From positions 224,001-288,000 of the forward strand of contig OZ243972.1 in assembly GCA_965214705.1 (NCBI GenBank): a DNA stretch of 64,000 nucleotides, in the 5' to 3' direction. The notes beneath the pieces were generated by a model that saw only the letters and a program-made list of their open reading frames with translations, was not told where the DNA came from and ran no database searches. Position 1 is the first letter of the stretch, and every line of letters begins with the position of its first letter. The DNA is from Alphaproteobacteria bacterium (GTDB lineage: Bacteria; Pseudomonadota; Alphaproteobacteria; UBA828). The translations under genes and the position numbers were made by a program. This document shows positions 10,596 to 19,694 of this stretch, piece by piece.

Positions 10596-10646
10596 GCGGG
10601 CCGGGAAGCGCGTCGCGTGCGGCGTCGTTCCCGGCCCGTCCATTTT
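10596..10646 (+). terminator. Intergenic hairpin after the binding-protein gene (terminator or mRNA stabiliser)
   Basis: GCGGGCCGGGAA (10596-10607) pairs with TTCCCGGCCCGT (10628-10639), followed by CCATTTT. Confidence 0.5.
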
Positions 10647-10746
10647 CGATACCCGGCAGGCGCATACGGCGAGCGGCCGGCCCGCTCGGCCCTGCCGCGC
10701 GCGGCGACGGTGCTAAGACTTAGGCGGGCGTAGCGGCCAAGACGAC

Positions 10747-11610
10747 ATGCAAATCGTCGCCAACATCATCTTTCTCAGCACCTTCTACGTGTCCTTCGCT
10801 GTCGGGCTCGCGCTCGTCTTCGGCGTCATGCGCACCATCAACTTCGCGCATGGCGAGTTCTACATGTTTGGCGGCTACGCGCTCTGGCTGTTGATCAACG
10901 CCTTCACCGGCATCCTGCCTCCGGGTGCGACCTTCATTGTCGCGCTGATTGTCGCCGCAGGCGTGGTCGGCGTCATGGGGATTCTGGTTCAGCTCTCGAT
11001 CTTCCATCGATTGCGGGAGCAGCCCTTCTCGATATTCATGGCGACGCTCGGGCTGTCCTATGTCCTCCAGGTGGCGGTGGTGAAGGCCATCGGCCCAATG
11101 GGGCAGTCTGTCCCGGCGCCGTTTCCGGGCTTCATCCTGTTCGAGGGCATGGTCCTGCCGATCCAAAGGCTGGTGGTCTTCGGCTTCACCGTCGTGATGA
11201 TGGGCGGCCTCTATCTCTTCCTGATGCACACCGATCTCGGGCGCGCCGTCCGCGCGACCGCGCAGAACCGAACCGGCGCCATGCTGCAGGGCATCAGCAT
11301 GAACCATATCGCGCTCACGACCATGTTCGTGGGCTCGGCGCTGGCGGCGATTTCCGGCGTGCTCATGGGCAGCGTGCTCATCATCAGCCCGTTCATGGGC
11401 GGCGAGGCGCTCTGGCGCGCCTTCATCATCATCATCGTGGGCGGCATCGGCAGCCTTTCCGGCGCCGTGGTTGCCGCCTTCCTATTCGGCATCATCGACA
11501 CGCTGATGACGACGTTCGGCGCGGGCAAATTCGCGCCGATGGTCGACGCCATCATCATGCTGCTGGTGCTTTCCTTCCTGCCGAGCGGGCTACTCGGGGC
11601 GCGCGAATGA
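10747..11610 (+). CDS. livH: Liv-type ABC permease
   Basis: GLALVFGVMRTINFAHGEF, TDLGRAVRA, IIVGGIGSLSGA. Confidence 0.9.
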   Translation: MQIVANIIFLSTFYVSFAVGLALVFGVMRTINFAHGEFYMFGGYALWLLINAFTGILPPGATFIVALIVAAGVVGVMGILVQLSIFHRLREQPFSIFMATLGLSYVLQVAVVKAIGPMGQSVPAPFPGFILFEGMVLPIQRLVVFGFTVVMMGGLYLFLMHTDLGRAVRATAQNRTGAMLQGISMNHIALTTMFVGSALAAISGVLMGSVLIISPFMGGEALWRAFIIIIVGGIGSLSGAVVAAFLFGIIDTLMTTFGAGKFAPMVDAIIMLLVLSFLPSGLLGARE

Positions 11611-12632
11611 TCAACCGCGCCGCCAACCGACAGGCCAACAGGATTTTCCTGCGGGCCTGCATCGGCACCGGCATCGCGCTGCCGCTGCTGGTGGCATTGC
11701 CCCACGCGCTCTCGGTCTACTGGCAGAGCGTGCTGGTGCTCTTCACCATCAACGCGGTCTCATTGATGGGTTACCGGCTGATCACGACCATGGGCGGCTG
11801 GTCGTTCGCGCATATATCGACGGCGGGCCTCGGCGCCTACACGACGGCGATCCTCACGACGCTGGAGACGCCCTGGTCGTTCTGGGCGACGTTCTTCCTC
11901 GGCGCGCTTATCGCCGGCGCCTTCGCGATGATCATCGCCTATCCGGTGCTGCGCACCCGGCACTACTACTTCTTCCTGAGCACATTTGCGGCGGGCGAAG
12001 CGCTGCGCCAGTGCTACGTGCAGTTCAGCGGGATCACTGGCGGCACCTACGGCATCTCGTTCATCCCGCGGCCCGAGCCCATCCTGGGGATGGATTTCGG
12101 CAACAGTGTCGGCTTCTACTATCTGGCGTTGGCGCTTGCCGTGGTCGTTGGCCTCCTGCTTTACCGCTTCGACCTCTCGCGCCTCGGCCACACGATCAAG
12201 GCGGTCGCCGCCAATGAGGAGCTTTCCGAATCCATCGGCATCAACACGTGGGCGCTCAGGACACTCCCCTTCGTCATGGGTTCGGTGGTCGCGGGCTTCA
12301 GTGGCGTGCTCTACGCGAACTTCAACGGGTTGATCAATCCGTTGGATTTCAGCGCGGTTCTCATGTTCAAGCTGGTGGCGGCGGCCATCGTCGGCGGCAT
12401 CACCACCTTCTGGGGGCCGCTGGTCGGCCTGCTCTACCTGACCGCGCTGGAAGAGGTTTTCCGCGACTTCACGCAGTGGATTCCGCTGCTCTGGGGCATC
12501 AGCGTCCTCGGCGTCATCCTGCTGGCGGAGGGCGGCCTGGAAATGGTCATCATCCGACTCGCCCGCCGCGCGCGGCGCTGGTGGCGGAGCCGCGGCGACC
12601 GACCGCCGGACGGCGCCCGGCAGGGGCGGTGA
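11607..12632 (+). CDS. livM: Liv-type ABC permease
   Basis: Hydrophobic; TGGTYG, SRLGHTIKAV, IVGGITTFWGPLVG; ATGA overlap with the upstream permease. Confidence 0.88.
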   Translation: MINRAANRQANRIFLRACIGTGIALPLLVALPHALSVYWQSVLVLFTINAVSLMGYRLITTMGGWSFAHISTAGLGAYTTAILTTLETPWSFWATFFLGALIAGAFAMIIAYPVLRTRHYYFFLSTFAAGEALRQCYVQFSGITGGTYGISFIPRPEPILGMDFGNSVGFYYLALALAVVVGLLLYRFDLSRLGHTIKAVAANEELSESIGINTWALRTLPFVMGSVVAGFSGVLYANFNGLINPLDFSAVLMFKLVAAAIVGGITTFWGPLVGLLYLTALEEVFRDFTQWIPLLWGISVLGVILLAEGGLEMVIIRLARRARRWWRSRGDRPPDGARQGR

Positions 12633-12635
12633 GCG

Positions 12636-13406
12636 ATGGCGATCCTCGAAGTCGATAACGTCGCCAAGCGCTTCGGCAAACTGGCCGCTGTGAAGGGGAT
12701 CTCCTTCGAGATTCCGGAGGGGCAGATTCGGGGTCTCATCGGGCCGAACGGCTCCGGCAAGACCACGATGTTCCACCTGATCAGCGGATTCCTAAAGCCT
12801 ACTTCCGGCGACGTGCGCTTCCAGGGCCACTCGATCAAGGGCAAGCGGCCGCACCAGATCGCCAAGCGCGGGCTCGTCCGCACCTTCCAGCTCACCAGCA
12901 TCTACCGCGAGATGACGGTGCGCGAGAACGTGGCGATGGGCCATCACGTCCACGCCGGGCGCCGGGGGGCGAGGCCGCGGCCTTCCCTCGAGAATCTGCC
13001 TCATTTCGAAAGCGTGGATGAGAGCACCGAGTGGATCCTGGACTTCATGACGCTCTCGGACGATGCGGAGACGACCGCGCGCCTGCTGCCTGCCGGCATG
13101 CAGCGGGTGCTCTCCATCGCCACCGCGCTCGCGGTGCGGCCGACGCTCTTGATGCTGGACGAGCCGCTTGCCGGCCTCAATCCGACCGAGAAGATCAGCG
13201 TCGCCCAGAGGATCGCAAGCCTGCGCGACCACGGCATCACGATACTCCTGGTCGAGCACGACGTGCGCTCCGTGCTCAGCGTCTGCGAGCTCATCACCGT
13301 GATCGACTTCGGCGAGAAGATCGCCGAGGGCACGGCGGACGAGGTGACCAGCAACCCGGCCGTCATCGAGGCCTATCTCGGGAAGCAGTCGCGCCATGAT
13401 GCTTGA
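12636..13406 (+). CDS. livG: Liv-type ABC ATP-binding protein
   Basis: GPNGSGKT, RTFQ, LLMLDEP, VEHD, VIEAYLG. Confidence 0.92.
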   Translation: MAILEVDNVAKRFGKLAAVKGISFEIPEGQIRGLIGPNGSGKTTMFHLISGFLKPTSGDVRFQGHSIKGKRPHQIAKRGLVRTFQLTSIYREMTVRENVAMGHHVHAGRRGARPRPSLENLPHFESVDESTEWILDFMTLSDDAETTARLLPAGMQRVLSIATALAVRPTLLMLDEPLAGLNPTEKISVAQRIASLRDHGITILLVEHDVRSVLSVCELITVIDFGEKIAEGTADEVTSNPAVIEAYLGKQSRHDA

Positions 13407-14106
13407 GACCCAGGATCTGACGGTCAAGTACGACCTGATCTCGGCGCTCTCGGAGGTGTCGATCTCGGCGGAAGAGAGGACGATCACGACCATCGTCGGC
13501 AGCAACGGTGCCGGCAAGACGACCCTGCTCAAGACCATCTCGGGCTTGATCCGGCCGGAATCCGGCGAGATTCGCTTTCTCGGCGAGCGGATCGACGCGG
13601 CCTCGCCCACCGCCATCGTGCGCATGGGAATCTCGCACGTACCGGAGGGGCGCGAGCTCTTCCCGCGCATCAGCGTCTACGACAACTTGATGGTGGGCGC
13701 CTATCTGCGTAAGGACAGGAAGGCCATCCGCCGCGACCTCGACCGCATTTACCAGCACTTCCCCATTCTCAAGGACCGCCGGCGCCAGTTGGCGCGCGAT
13801 TTGAGCGGCGGCGAGCAGCAGATGCTGGCCTTCGGCCGCGCCCTCATGTCGGATCCCAAGCTGCTGCTGCTGGACGAGCCCTCCATCGGCCTCGCGCCGG
13901 TGATCGAGCAGAGGATCATGGAGACGCTCCGCGTGCTCACGGTCGACGAGAACGTCGGCGTGGTTCTGGTGGAGCAGAATGCCGCGCTGGCGCTCAGCGT
14001 CGCCTCCCACGGCTACGTGCTGGAGCAGGGCTCGCTCGTGCTCCAGGGACCGGCCAACGAACTCATCAGGGACGACAACGTCAGAGCGGCCTACCTCGGC
14101 CTCTGA
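13396..14106 (+). CDS. livF: Liv-type ABC ATP-binding protein
   Basis: GSNGAGKT, VPEGR, LSGGEQQM, LLLDEPS, VEQN, AAYLG. Confidence 0.92.
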   Translation: MMLETQDLTVKYDLISALSEVSISAEERTITTIVGSNGAGKTTLLKTISGLIRPESGEIRFLGERIDAASPTAIVRMGISHVPEGRELFPRISVYDNLMVGAYLRKDRKAIRRDLDRIYQHFPILKDRRRQLARDLSGGEQQMLAFGRALMSDPKLLLLDEPSIGLAPVIEQRIMETLRVLTVDENVGVVLVEQNAALALSVASHGYVLEQGSLVLQGPANELIRDDNVRAAYLGL

Positions 14107-14196
14107 ATGGGCCGCCGGCCGATTAGCCTTGCCGGTGCGACCGTGTAGTATGCCCCGCCCCTAGGTCGCGTATCCGCCCAACTCCGGAGCTCCTGC

Positions 14197-15627
14197 GTGC
14201 CCGGCATCACCGCCTACGGCGCCTACTTGCCGCGCCGACGTCTTCAACGCTCGGCAATAGCGGCCGCCAATACCTGGTTCGACGCCTCGCTCCGTGGCCT
14301 GGCGCGCGGCGAGTGCACCATGTGCAGCTGGGACGAGGACACGGTGACGATGGCCGTGGAAGCCGCGCGCGACATGGGCCCGGCTACGCCAGTCCAGGCG
14401 CTGTTCCTTGCCTCGACGACGCACCCCTTCGCCGTCCGCCAGAACGCCGGCATCGTCGCGGAGGCCCTGAATCTCGGGAGCGATCTGCGTACCATGGATG
14501 TGGCGGGCTCGCTTCGGGCTTCGACGACCGCGCTTATGAGCGCACTCGATGCCGCGGCGGCGGGGACGCAGGTCATCGTGGTGGCGGCCGAGAGACGCAG
14601 GGCCCGCGCCGGCAGCCCGATGGAAATGCTGTCGGGAGACGGGGCGGCCGCGCTCCAGGTGGGCGCCGAGGGAGAGATCGCGACCCTGCTCGGCTCCGCG
14701 ACCGTCGCCGCAGACTTCATCGACCATTTCCGCGCGAGCGGCGATGCCTACGACTACGCCTGGGAAGACCGCTGGATTCGCGACGAAGGCTGGATGAAGC
14801 TGGTGCCGCAGGCGGTCGCGCGGGCTCTCGCGAAGGCCGGCGTCGAGCCCACGGAGGTCGATCGCCTGATCGTTCCCTGCCACCTGAGGCGAGTGCCGGA
14901 GGGTGTCGGCAAGGCGTGCGGCATCTCCGCCGAGGCCGTCGCCGATCCGATGATGAGCACGGTGGGCCAATGCGGCACGGCACAGCCGCTGCTCATGCTC
15001 GCGGCCGAGCTGGCGAGTGCTGAGCCGGGGCAGACCTTTGTCGTCACCGGGTTCGGGCAGGGCTGCGACGCGCTGGTGTTTCGCGTGACGGACGCGATCG
15101 GCGCGGCGCGGCCCAAGCGCGGCGTCGCCGGGTGGCTGGAGCGCAGGGTCGAGGAAACCAACTACAGCAAGTTCCTGACCTATTGTGGCGTGGTCGAGCG
15201 CGAGTACGGCAAGCGCGCTGAGCTCGACCGGTCGCCGGCGCTCACGGCGCAGTACCGCAACCGGGAGGGTGTGACCGGATTCGTCGGCGGCCGCTGCGTG
15301 CGCTGCGGCACGGTGCAATACCCGAAGGCGATCTACTGCGTGAACCCGAACTGCGGCGCCAGGGACACGCAGGAGCCCCACCCCATGGCGGACGTGCCGG
15401 CCACGGTGAAGACCTTTACCGCCGACCATCTCGTGTTCTCCATGGATCCGCCCGCCTACCTGGGCCTCGTCGAGTTCGAGGGCGGCGGCCGGACCATGGT
15501 GGAGTTCACGGAGGTGGATCCCGAGAGCTTCGACGTCGGCACGCGGGCGAGCATGCGCTTCAGAATCAAGCATGTGGATGAGCGGCGCGGGATGCGTCAG
15601 TATTTCTGGAAGGCGGCGCCCGACTAA
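14197..15627 (+). CDS. HMG-CoA-synthase/KAS III-like domain fused to a DUF35 (Zn-ribbon + OB-fold) domain
   Basis: GITAYGAYLPRRR, DEDTVTMAVEAA, GDGAAA; C-terminal CVRCG...CVNPNC zinc ribbon and OB fold ending YFWKA. Confidence 0.85.
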   Translation: MPGITAYGAYLPRRRLQRSAIAAANTWFDASLRGLARGECTMCSWDEDTVTMAVEAARDMGPATPVQALFLASTTHPFAVRQNAGIVAEALNLGSDLRTMDVAGSLRASTTALMSALDAAAAGTQVIVVAAERRRARAGSPMEMLSGDGAAALQVGAEGEIATLLGSATVAADFIDHFRASGDAYDYAWEDRWIRDEGWMKLVPQAVARALAKAGVEPTEVDRLIVPCHLRRVPEGVGKACGISAEAVADPMMSTVGQCGTAQPLLMLAAELASAEPGQTFVVTGFGQGCDALVFRVTDAIGAARPKRGVAGWLERRVEETNYSKFLTYCGVVEREYGKRAELDRSPALTAQYRNREGVTGFVGGRCVRCGTVQYPKAIYCVNPNCGARDTQEPHPMADVPATVKTFTADHLVFSMDPPAYLGLVEFEGGGRTMVEFTEVDPESFDVGTRASMRFRIKHVDERRGMRQYFWKAAPD

Positions 15628-15653
15628 GGCGCTGCAGCGCGGGGAGAACGAAC

Positions 15654-16856
15654 ATGGCCAGCGGAATTCGAGACAAGGTGGCAATCCTCGGCATGGGCTG
15701 CTCGAAGTTTGGTGAGCGGTGGGACGCCGAGCCCTCGGACCTGATGGCCGAGGCGTTCGAGGAGTGCATCGCCGACGCCGGCATCGAACGCTCGCAGATC
15801 GATGCGGCGTGGCTGAGTACGGCATTCGACTCGGTCAACGTCGGTCCGAGCGCGCTTCCGCTCGCGACCTCGCTGCGGCTCGGCTACATCCCGGTCACGC
15901 ATGTCGAGAACATGTGCGCCAGCGGCACCGAGGCCTTTCGCGGTGCATGCTACGCGGTCGCCTCGGGTGCCGCGGACTTCGCGCTCGCGCTCGGCGTCGA
16001 GAAGCTGAAGGACACTGGTTATGGCGGCCTGCCGGCCCGGACCCGCGGTGTGACCAACGATCTGTTCTCCCCCAACGTCTCCGCGCCGGGCGCCTTCGCG
16101 CAGCTCGCGGCCGGCTATCGCGGCGCCCACGGCATCGACCGGGACGATCTCAAGCGCGCGATGGCCCACGTCTCGGTCAAGAGCCACGCGAACGGCGCGC
16201 GCAATCCCAAGGCGCACTTGCGCCGCGAGATCACCCACGAGCAGGCGATTGGAGCGCCGATGGTCGCGGAGCCCATCGGCCTCTTCGATTGCTGCGGCGT
16301 CAGCGACGGGGCTGCCTGCGCGATCGTCACCACGCCTGAGATCGCCATGACCCTGGGCGAGACGAACGTCGTGACGGTCAAGGGTTTGCAGCTCAGCGTC
16401 TCGAACGGCGAAGAGATCGGCTTCAACAGCTGGAACGGCGCCCACTTCAAGACCACACGCATCGCCGCCCAGCGTGCCTACGAGGAAGCCGGCATCGACG
16501 ACCCGCGCAAGGAAATCAGTGCCACCGAGGTCCACGACTGCTTCTCCATCACGGAGCTGGTGACGATGGAGGACCTCGGCCTCGCCGACGAGGGCCAGGC
16601 CTGGAAGGCGGTGCTCGACGGTCGTTACGACGCCGATGGCGAGATGCCGTGCCAGATCGACGGTGGCCTGAAGTGCTTCGGCCACCCCATCGGAGCCTCG
16701 GGTCTGCGGATGCTCTATGAGATCTATCTGCAGTTTCACGGTCGCGCGGAGGAGCGCCAGATCGACAGCATGCGCTACGGCCTGACCCACAACCTGGGGG
16801 GCCATCCCGTCCAGAACGTGTGCAGCGTGGCGATCGTCGGACACTACGACGGCTGA
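15654..16856 (+). CDS. SCP2-type thiolase
   Basis: VENMCASG, GVEK, DGAACAI, EVHDCF, GHPIGASG. Confidence 0.9.
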   Translation: MASGIRDKVAILGMGCSKFGERWDAEPSDLMAEAFEECIADAGIERSQIDAAWLSTAFDSVNVGPSALPLATSLRLGYIPVTHVENMCASGTEAFRGACYAVASGAADFALALGVEKLKDTGYGGLPARTRGVTNDLFSPNVSAPGAFAQLAAGYRGAHGIDRDDLKRAMAHVSVKSHANGARNPKAHLRREITHEQAIGAPMVAEPIGLFDCCGVSDGAACAIVTTPEIAMTLGETNVVTVKGLQLSVSNGEEIGFNSWNGAHFKTTRIAAQRAYEEAGIDDPRKEISATEVHDCFSITELVTMEDLGLADEGQAWKAVLDGRYDADGEMPCQIDGGLKCFGHPIGASGLRMLYEIYLQFHGRAEERQIDSMRYGLTHNLGGHPVQNVCSVAIVGHYDG

Positions 16857-16947
16857 ATGGCCCGCCGCGCCGGCCCAATCTGCAGCAGAACCCTCACCTC
16901 ATTGCGACGGCCGTGACCCACTCGCCGCGCCCCGAGCCTCCCGGGCC

Positions 16948-17793
16948 GTGAAATACGATGCGCTCATGGGCTTCGAGAGTCCCGAGGCCCGGCAGACCTT
17001 CGGTCCCCTCGACGCGGTGCGTTACGCGCTGTCAATCGGGCTCGGCCACGATCCTCTCGACCCGTGGCAATTGCAATTCGTGGATGACCACAAGGGCCCA
17101 CACATCGTGCCGTCGTTCTGCTCGGTACTCGGCCATCCCGGCTTCTGGCTGGCCGATCCGCGCACGACGGTCGATGCGGGCCGCGTAGTCCATGCCGAGC
17201 AGGGGTTCTCTCTGAAAGCACCTATCCCCAGCGCTGGCACGGTCGTCGGCAAGACCCGGATCGTCGATATCGTCGACAAGGGAGTGCAGAAGGGCGCGCT
17301 GCTCTATCTCGAGAAGACGCTAAGCGACACAGACACGGGCGCGGTCATCGCGACCGAGACGCGCACGATCATGCTCCGGGGCGACGGCGGCTATGATGGC
17401 CCCTCCGGCACGCCGCGTCCCGCGCCGGAGGAGCCCGCCGGGGAGCCCGACCGCACCGTTGCCGTCGCGACACGCCCGGAACAGGCCCTCCTCTATCGCC
17501 TGAATGGCGATCCCAACCCGCTCCATCTCGACCCTGCAGTCGCGAAGAAGGCTGGCTTCGATCGGCCGATCCTCCACGGTCTCTGCACCTTCGGGATCGC
17601 CTGCCACGCCATTCTGCGCGCGTTCGCAGGTGACGATCCCGGATCGCTGCGGGGCATGTCCGCGCGGTTCTCGGCGCCGGTCTTTCCGGGCGAGACCGTC
17701 GAGGTGCAGATGTGGCAGAACGGCGCCTTTCGGGCGCGGGCCGTCGAGCGCGACGTTTTCGTCCTGAGAAACGGCCTCGCGACCTTCGGGTGA
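16948..17793 (+). CDS. Double hot-dog MaoC-type (R)-enoyl-CoA hydratase
   Basis: YALSIG, VVHAEQ, hydratase-2 motif YRLNGDPNPLHLDP...GFDRPILHGLCT. Confidence 0.9.
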   Translation: MKYDALMGFESPEARQTFGPLDAVRYALSIGLGHDPLDPWQLQFVDDHKGPHIVPSFCSVLGHPGFWLADPRTTVDAGRVVHAEQGFSLKAPIPSAGTVVGKTRIVDIVDKGVQKGALLYLEKTLSDTDTGAVIATETRTIMLRGDGGYDGPSGTPRPAPEEPAGEPDRTVAVATRPEQALLYRLNGDPNPLHLDPAVAKKAGFDRPILHGLCTFGIACHAILRAFAGDDPGSLRGMSARFSAPVFPGETVEVQMWQNGAFRARAVERDVFVLRNGLATFG

Positions 17794-17814
17794 CGCAATG
17801 ATGGGAGATGAACG

Positions 17815-18720
17815 GTGAACGAGGGAAAGGTGGCGATTGTCTCCGGCGCTGGCGGCGGCATCGGCCGTGAGATCGCACTGGCGCTTGCACGCACCGGGGC
17901 CTCCGTCGTGGTCAACGATATCGGCGTCTCGGTCACGGGCGAGGGCGGCTCGGCGAACCCGGCGGAGGAGACCAAGCGGCTGATCGAGGACGCCGGCGGG
18001 ACCGCCGCCATCGACACGCACAGCGTCGACAGCTGGGAGAGCGCGCGCGCCATCGTGGCAACGGCGCTGGAGGCCTTCGGGCGGATCGACATCGTGGTGA
18101 ACAACGCCGGTATCCTGCGCGACACGATCTTCCACAAGATGACGGCCGAGCAATGGCTCTCCGTCGTCGGTGTGCATCTCAACGGCAGCTTCTTCCTGAG
18201 CCGCGCGGCGGCGGAGCACTTCCGGCGTCAGGAGTCGGGCGCCTTCGTTCACATGACCAGCACGTCGGGGCTGATCGGCAACTTCGGGCAGGCGAATTAC
18301 GCGGCGGCCAAGCTCGGCATCTGCGCGCTCTCGAAGTCGATCGCCCTCGACATGAAGCGCTTCAACGTGCGCTCCAACTGCATCGCGCCCTTCGCCTGGA
18401 GCCGGATGACCAGCGAAATCCCGGCCGACACCGACGAGCAGCGGGAGCGGATCGAGCGTCTCAAGAAGATGACGCCCGAGAAGAACGCGCCGCTCGCCGT
18501 GTTTCTCGCGTCCGATGTCGCGCAAGGCATCACGGGGCAGGTCTTCGCCGTGCGCCACAACGAGATCTTTCTCTTCGACCCCTTCCGGCCCGCGCGCAGC
18601 GTCCACCGGAGCGAGGGCTGGGATGCGCAGGCAATCGCCGACCATGCCGTGCCAGCGCTGAAGGGCCACTTCGCCGCGCTCGACCGCTCCGGCGACGTGT
18701 TCAGCTGGGATCCGCTATGA
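17815..18720 (+). CDS. SDR, MFE-2-type 3-hydroxyacyl-CoA dehydrogenase
   Basis: SGAGGGIG, VVVNDIG, NNAGILRD, GNFGQANYAAAK. Confidence 0.88.
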   Translation: MNEGKVAIVSGAGGGIGREIALALARTGASVVVNDIGVSVTGEGGSANPAEETKRLIEDAGGTAAIDTHSVDSWESARAIVATALEAFGRIDIVVNNAGILRDTIFHKMTAEQWLSVVGVHLNGSFFLSRAAAEHFRRQESGAFVHMTSTSGLIGNFGQANYAAAKLGICALSKSIALDMKRFNVRSNCIAPFAWSRMTSEIPADTDEQRERIERLKKMTPEKNAPLAVFLASDVAQGITGQVFAVRHNEIFLFDPFRPARSVHRSEGWDAQAIADHAVPALKGHFAALDRSGDVFSWDPL

Positions 18721-18761
18721 GGTGAGGGCCTGCGAGTGCGGCCCGATTACTTGACCGTTGC

Positions 18762-19694
18762 TTACACACTCATGCGCGCGCGGCCGACGGCCTTTGTGCC
18801 TTCGACCTTGAAGCGCTGGATCGCGTTGTCCGCATCCATCAGTTCCTGAGGTCCGAGCACGCCGGCCTGATCGCCGGCGGTGCCGTTCAGGATGTCGTTC
18901 GGATGCTTGTGGTCGACGAACCCCAGGTTAACCGTGCCCAGGTCGTAGCCCATCAGGCACTGAAGTTGATGGGGGAAGGTCCGCGCCTCCTCCATCGGCA
19001 CGGCGAGATACTGGTTCTCCTCCTGGCGCAGCCAGCCGAGCGCGTAGTGAAGCGCGACGCCGCAGCGAGCGGCGTTCGAGCGATTGGCGCCGGCGCCATG
19101 GATCACGCTGCCCACGTACATCAACAGCGAACCGGCCGGCATTTCCGCCTGCTTTATCTCGTCCGGCTCCGGTATGCGCTCGTCGGGCCAGCGGTGGCTC
19201 CCCGGCACGATGCGGGTCGCCCCGTTCTCCACCGAGAAGTCGCTGACCGCCCACATGGTCGCGAGCGTCAGCGGCGGCGCGGGGTTCTGGATGGGAAAGA
19301 GGCCCGTATCCCGGTGCATCGTTTGCACGGTCTCGCCGGGCTCGACGTGCATCACTCCGGTGTAATGGACCTGGTAGCGCGCGCAATACGGCCCGAGGAC
19401 GCGGTCGGCGGTGTCCAGCACCAGCGGATGGACCACCATGTCGCGGCTCGTCGGGCAGCGTGAGAGCAACGCGCCGAAGCGCTTCGTCTTGTGCCCCATG
19501 AAGGCGTCGGGGTCGCCAAGCTCCGTCGCCTCCAGATGCGGGGTCAGCTCGCCCGAGAGCCGCGCAAGGGTCTCAGGATCGAGAAGCTCCCGCACGATCG
19601 CATAGCCGTCCTGCTCGATCGCCGCCGCCAACGAGTCTGCGCCGACGTCGGCATCGAATGTATTGAGCCTCGCCATGGCGTTGCTCCCGCTCAT
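18762..19694 (-). CDS. Phytanoyl-CoA dioxygenase (PhyH) family Fe(II)/2-oxoglutarate enzyme
   Basis: QTMHRD (HxD), NGATRIVPGSH, HGAGAN, WLRQEENQ; start overlaps the upstream stop (ATGA). Confidence 0.88.
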   Translation of the reverse strand: MSGSNAMARLNTFDADVGADSLAAAIEQDGYAIVRELLDPETLARLSGELTPHLEATELGDPDAFMGHKTKRFGALLSRCPTSRDMVVHPLVLDTADRVLGPYCARYQVHYTGVMHVEPGETVQTMHRDTGLFPIQNPAPPLTLATMWAVSDFSVENGATRIVPGSHRWPDERIPEPDEIKQAEMPAGSLLMYVGSVIHGAGANRSNAARCGVALHYALGWLRQEENQYLAVPMEEARTFPHQLQCLMGYDLGTVNLGFVDHKHPNDILNGTAGDQAGVLGPQELMDADNAIQRFKVEGTKAVGRARMSV

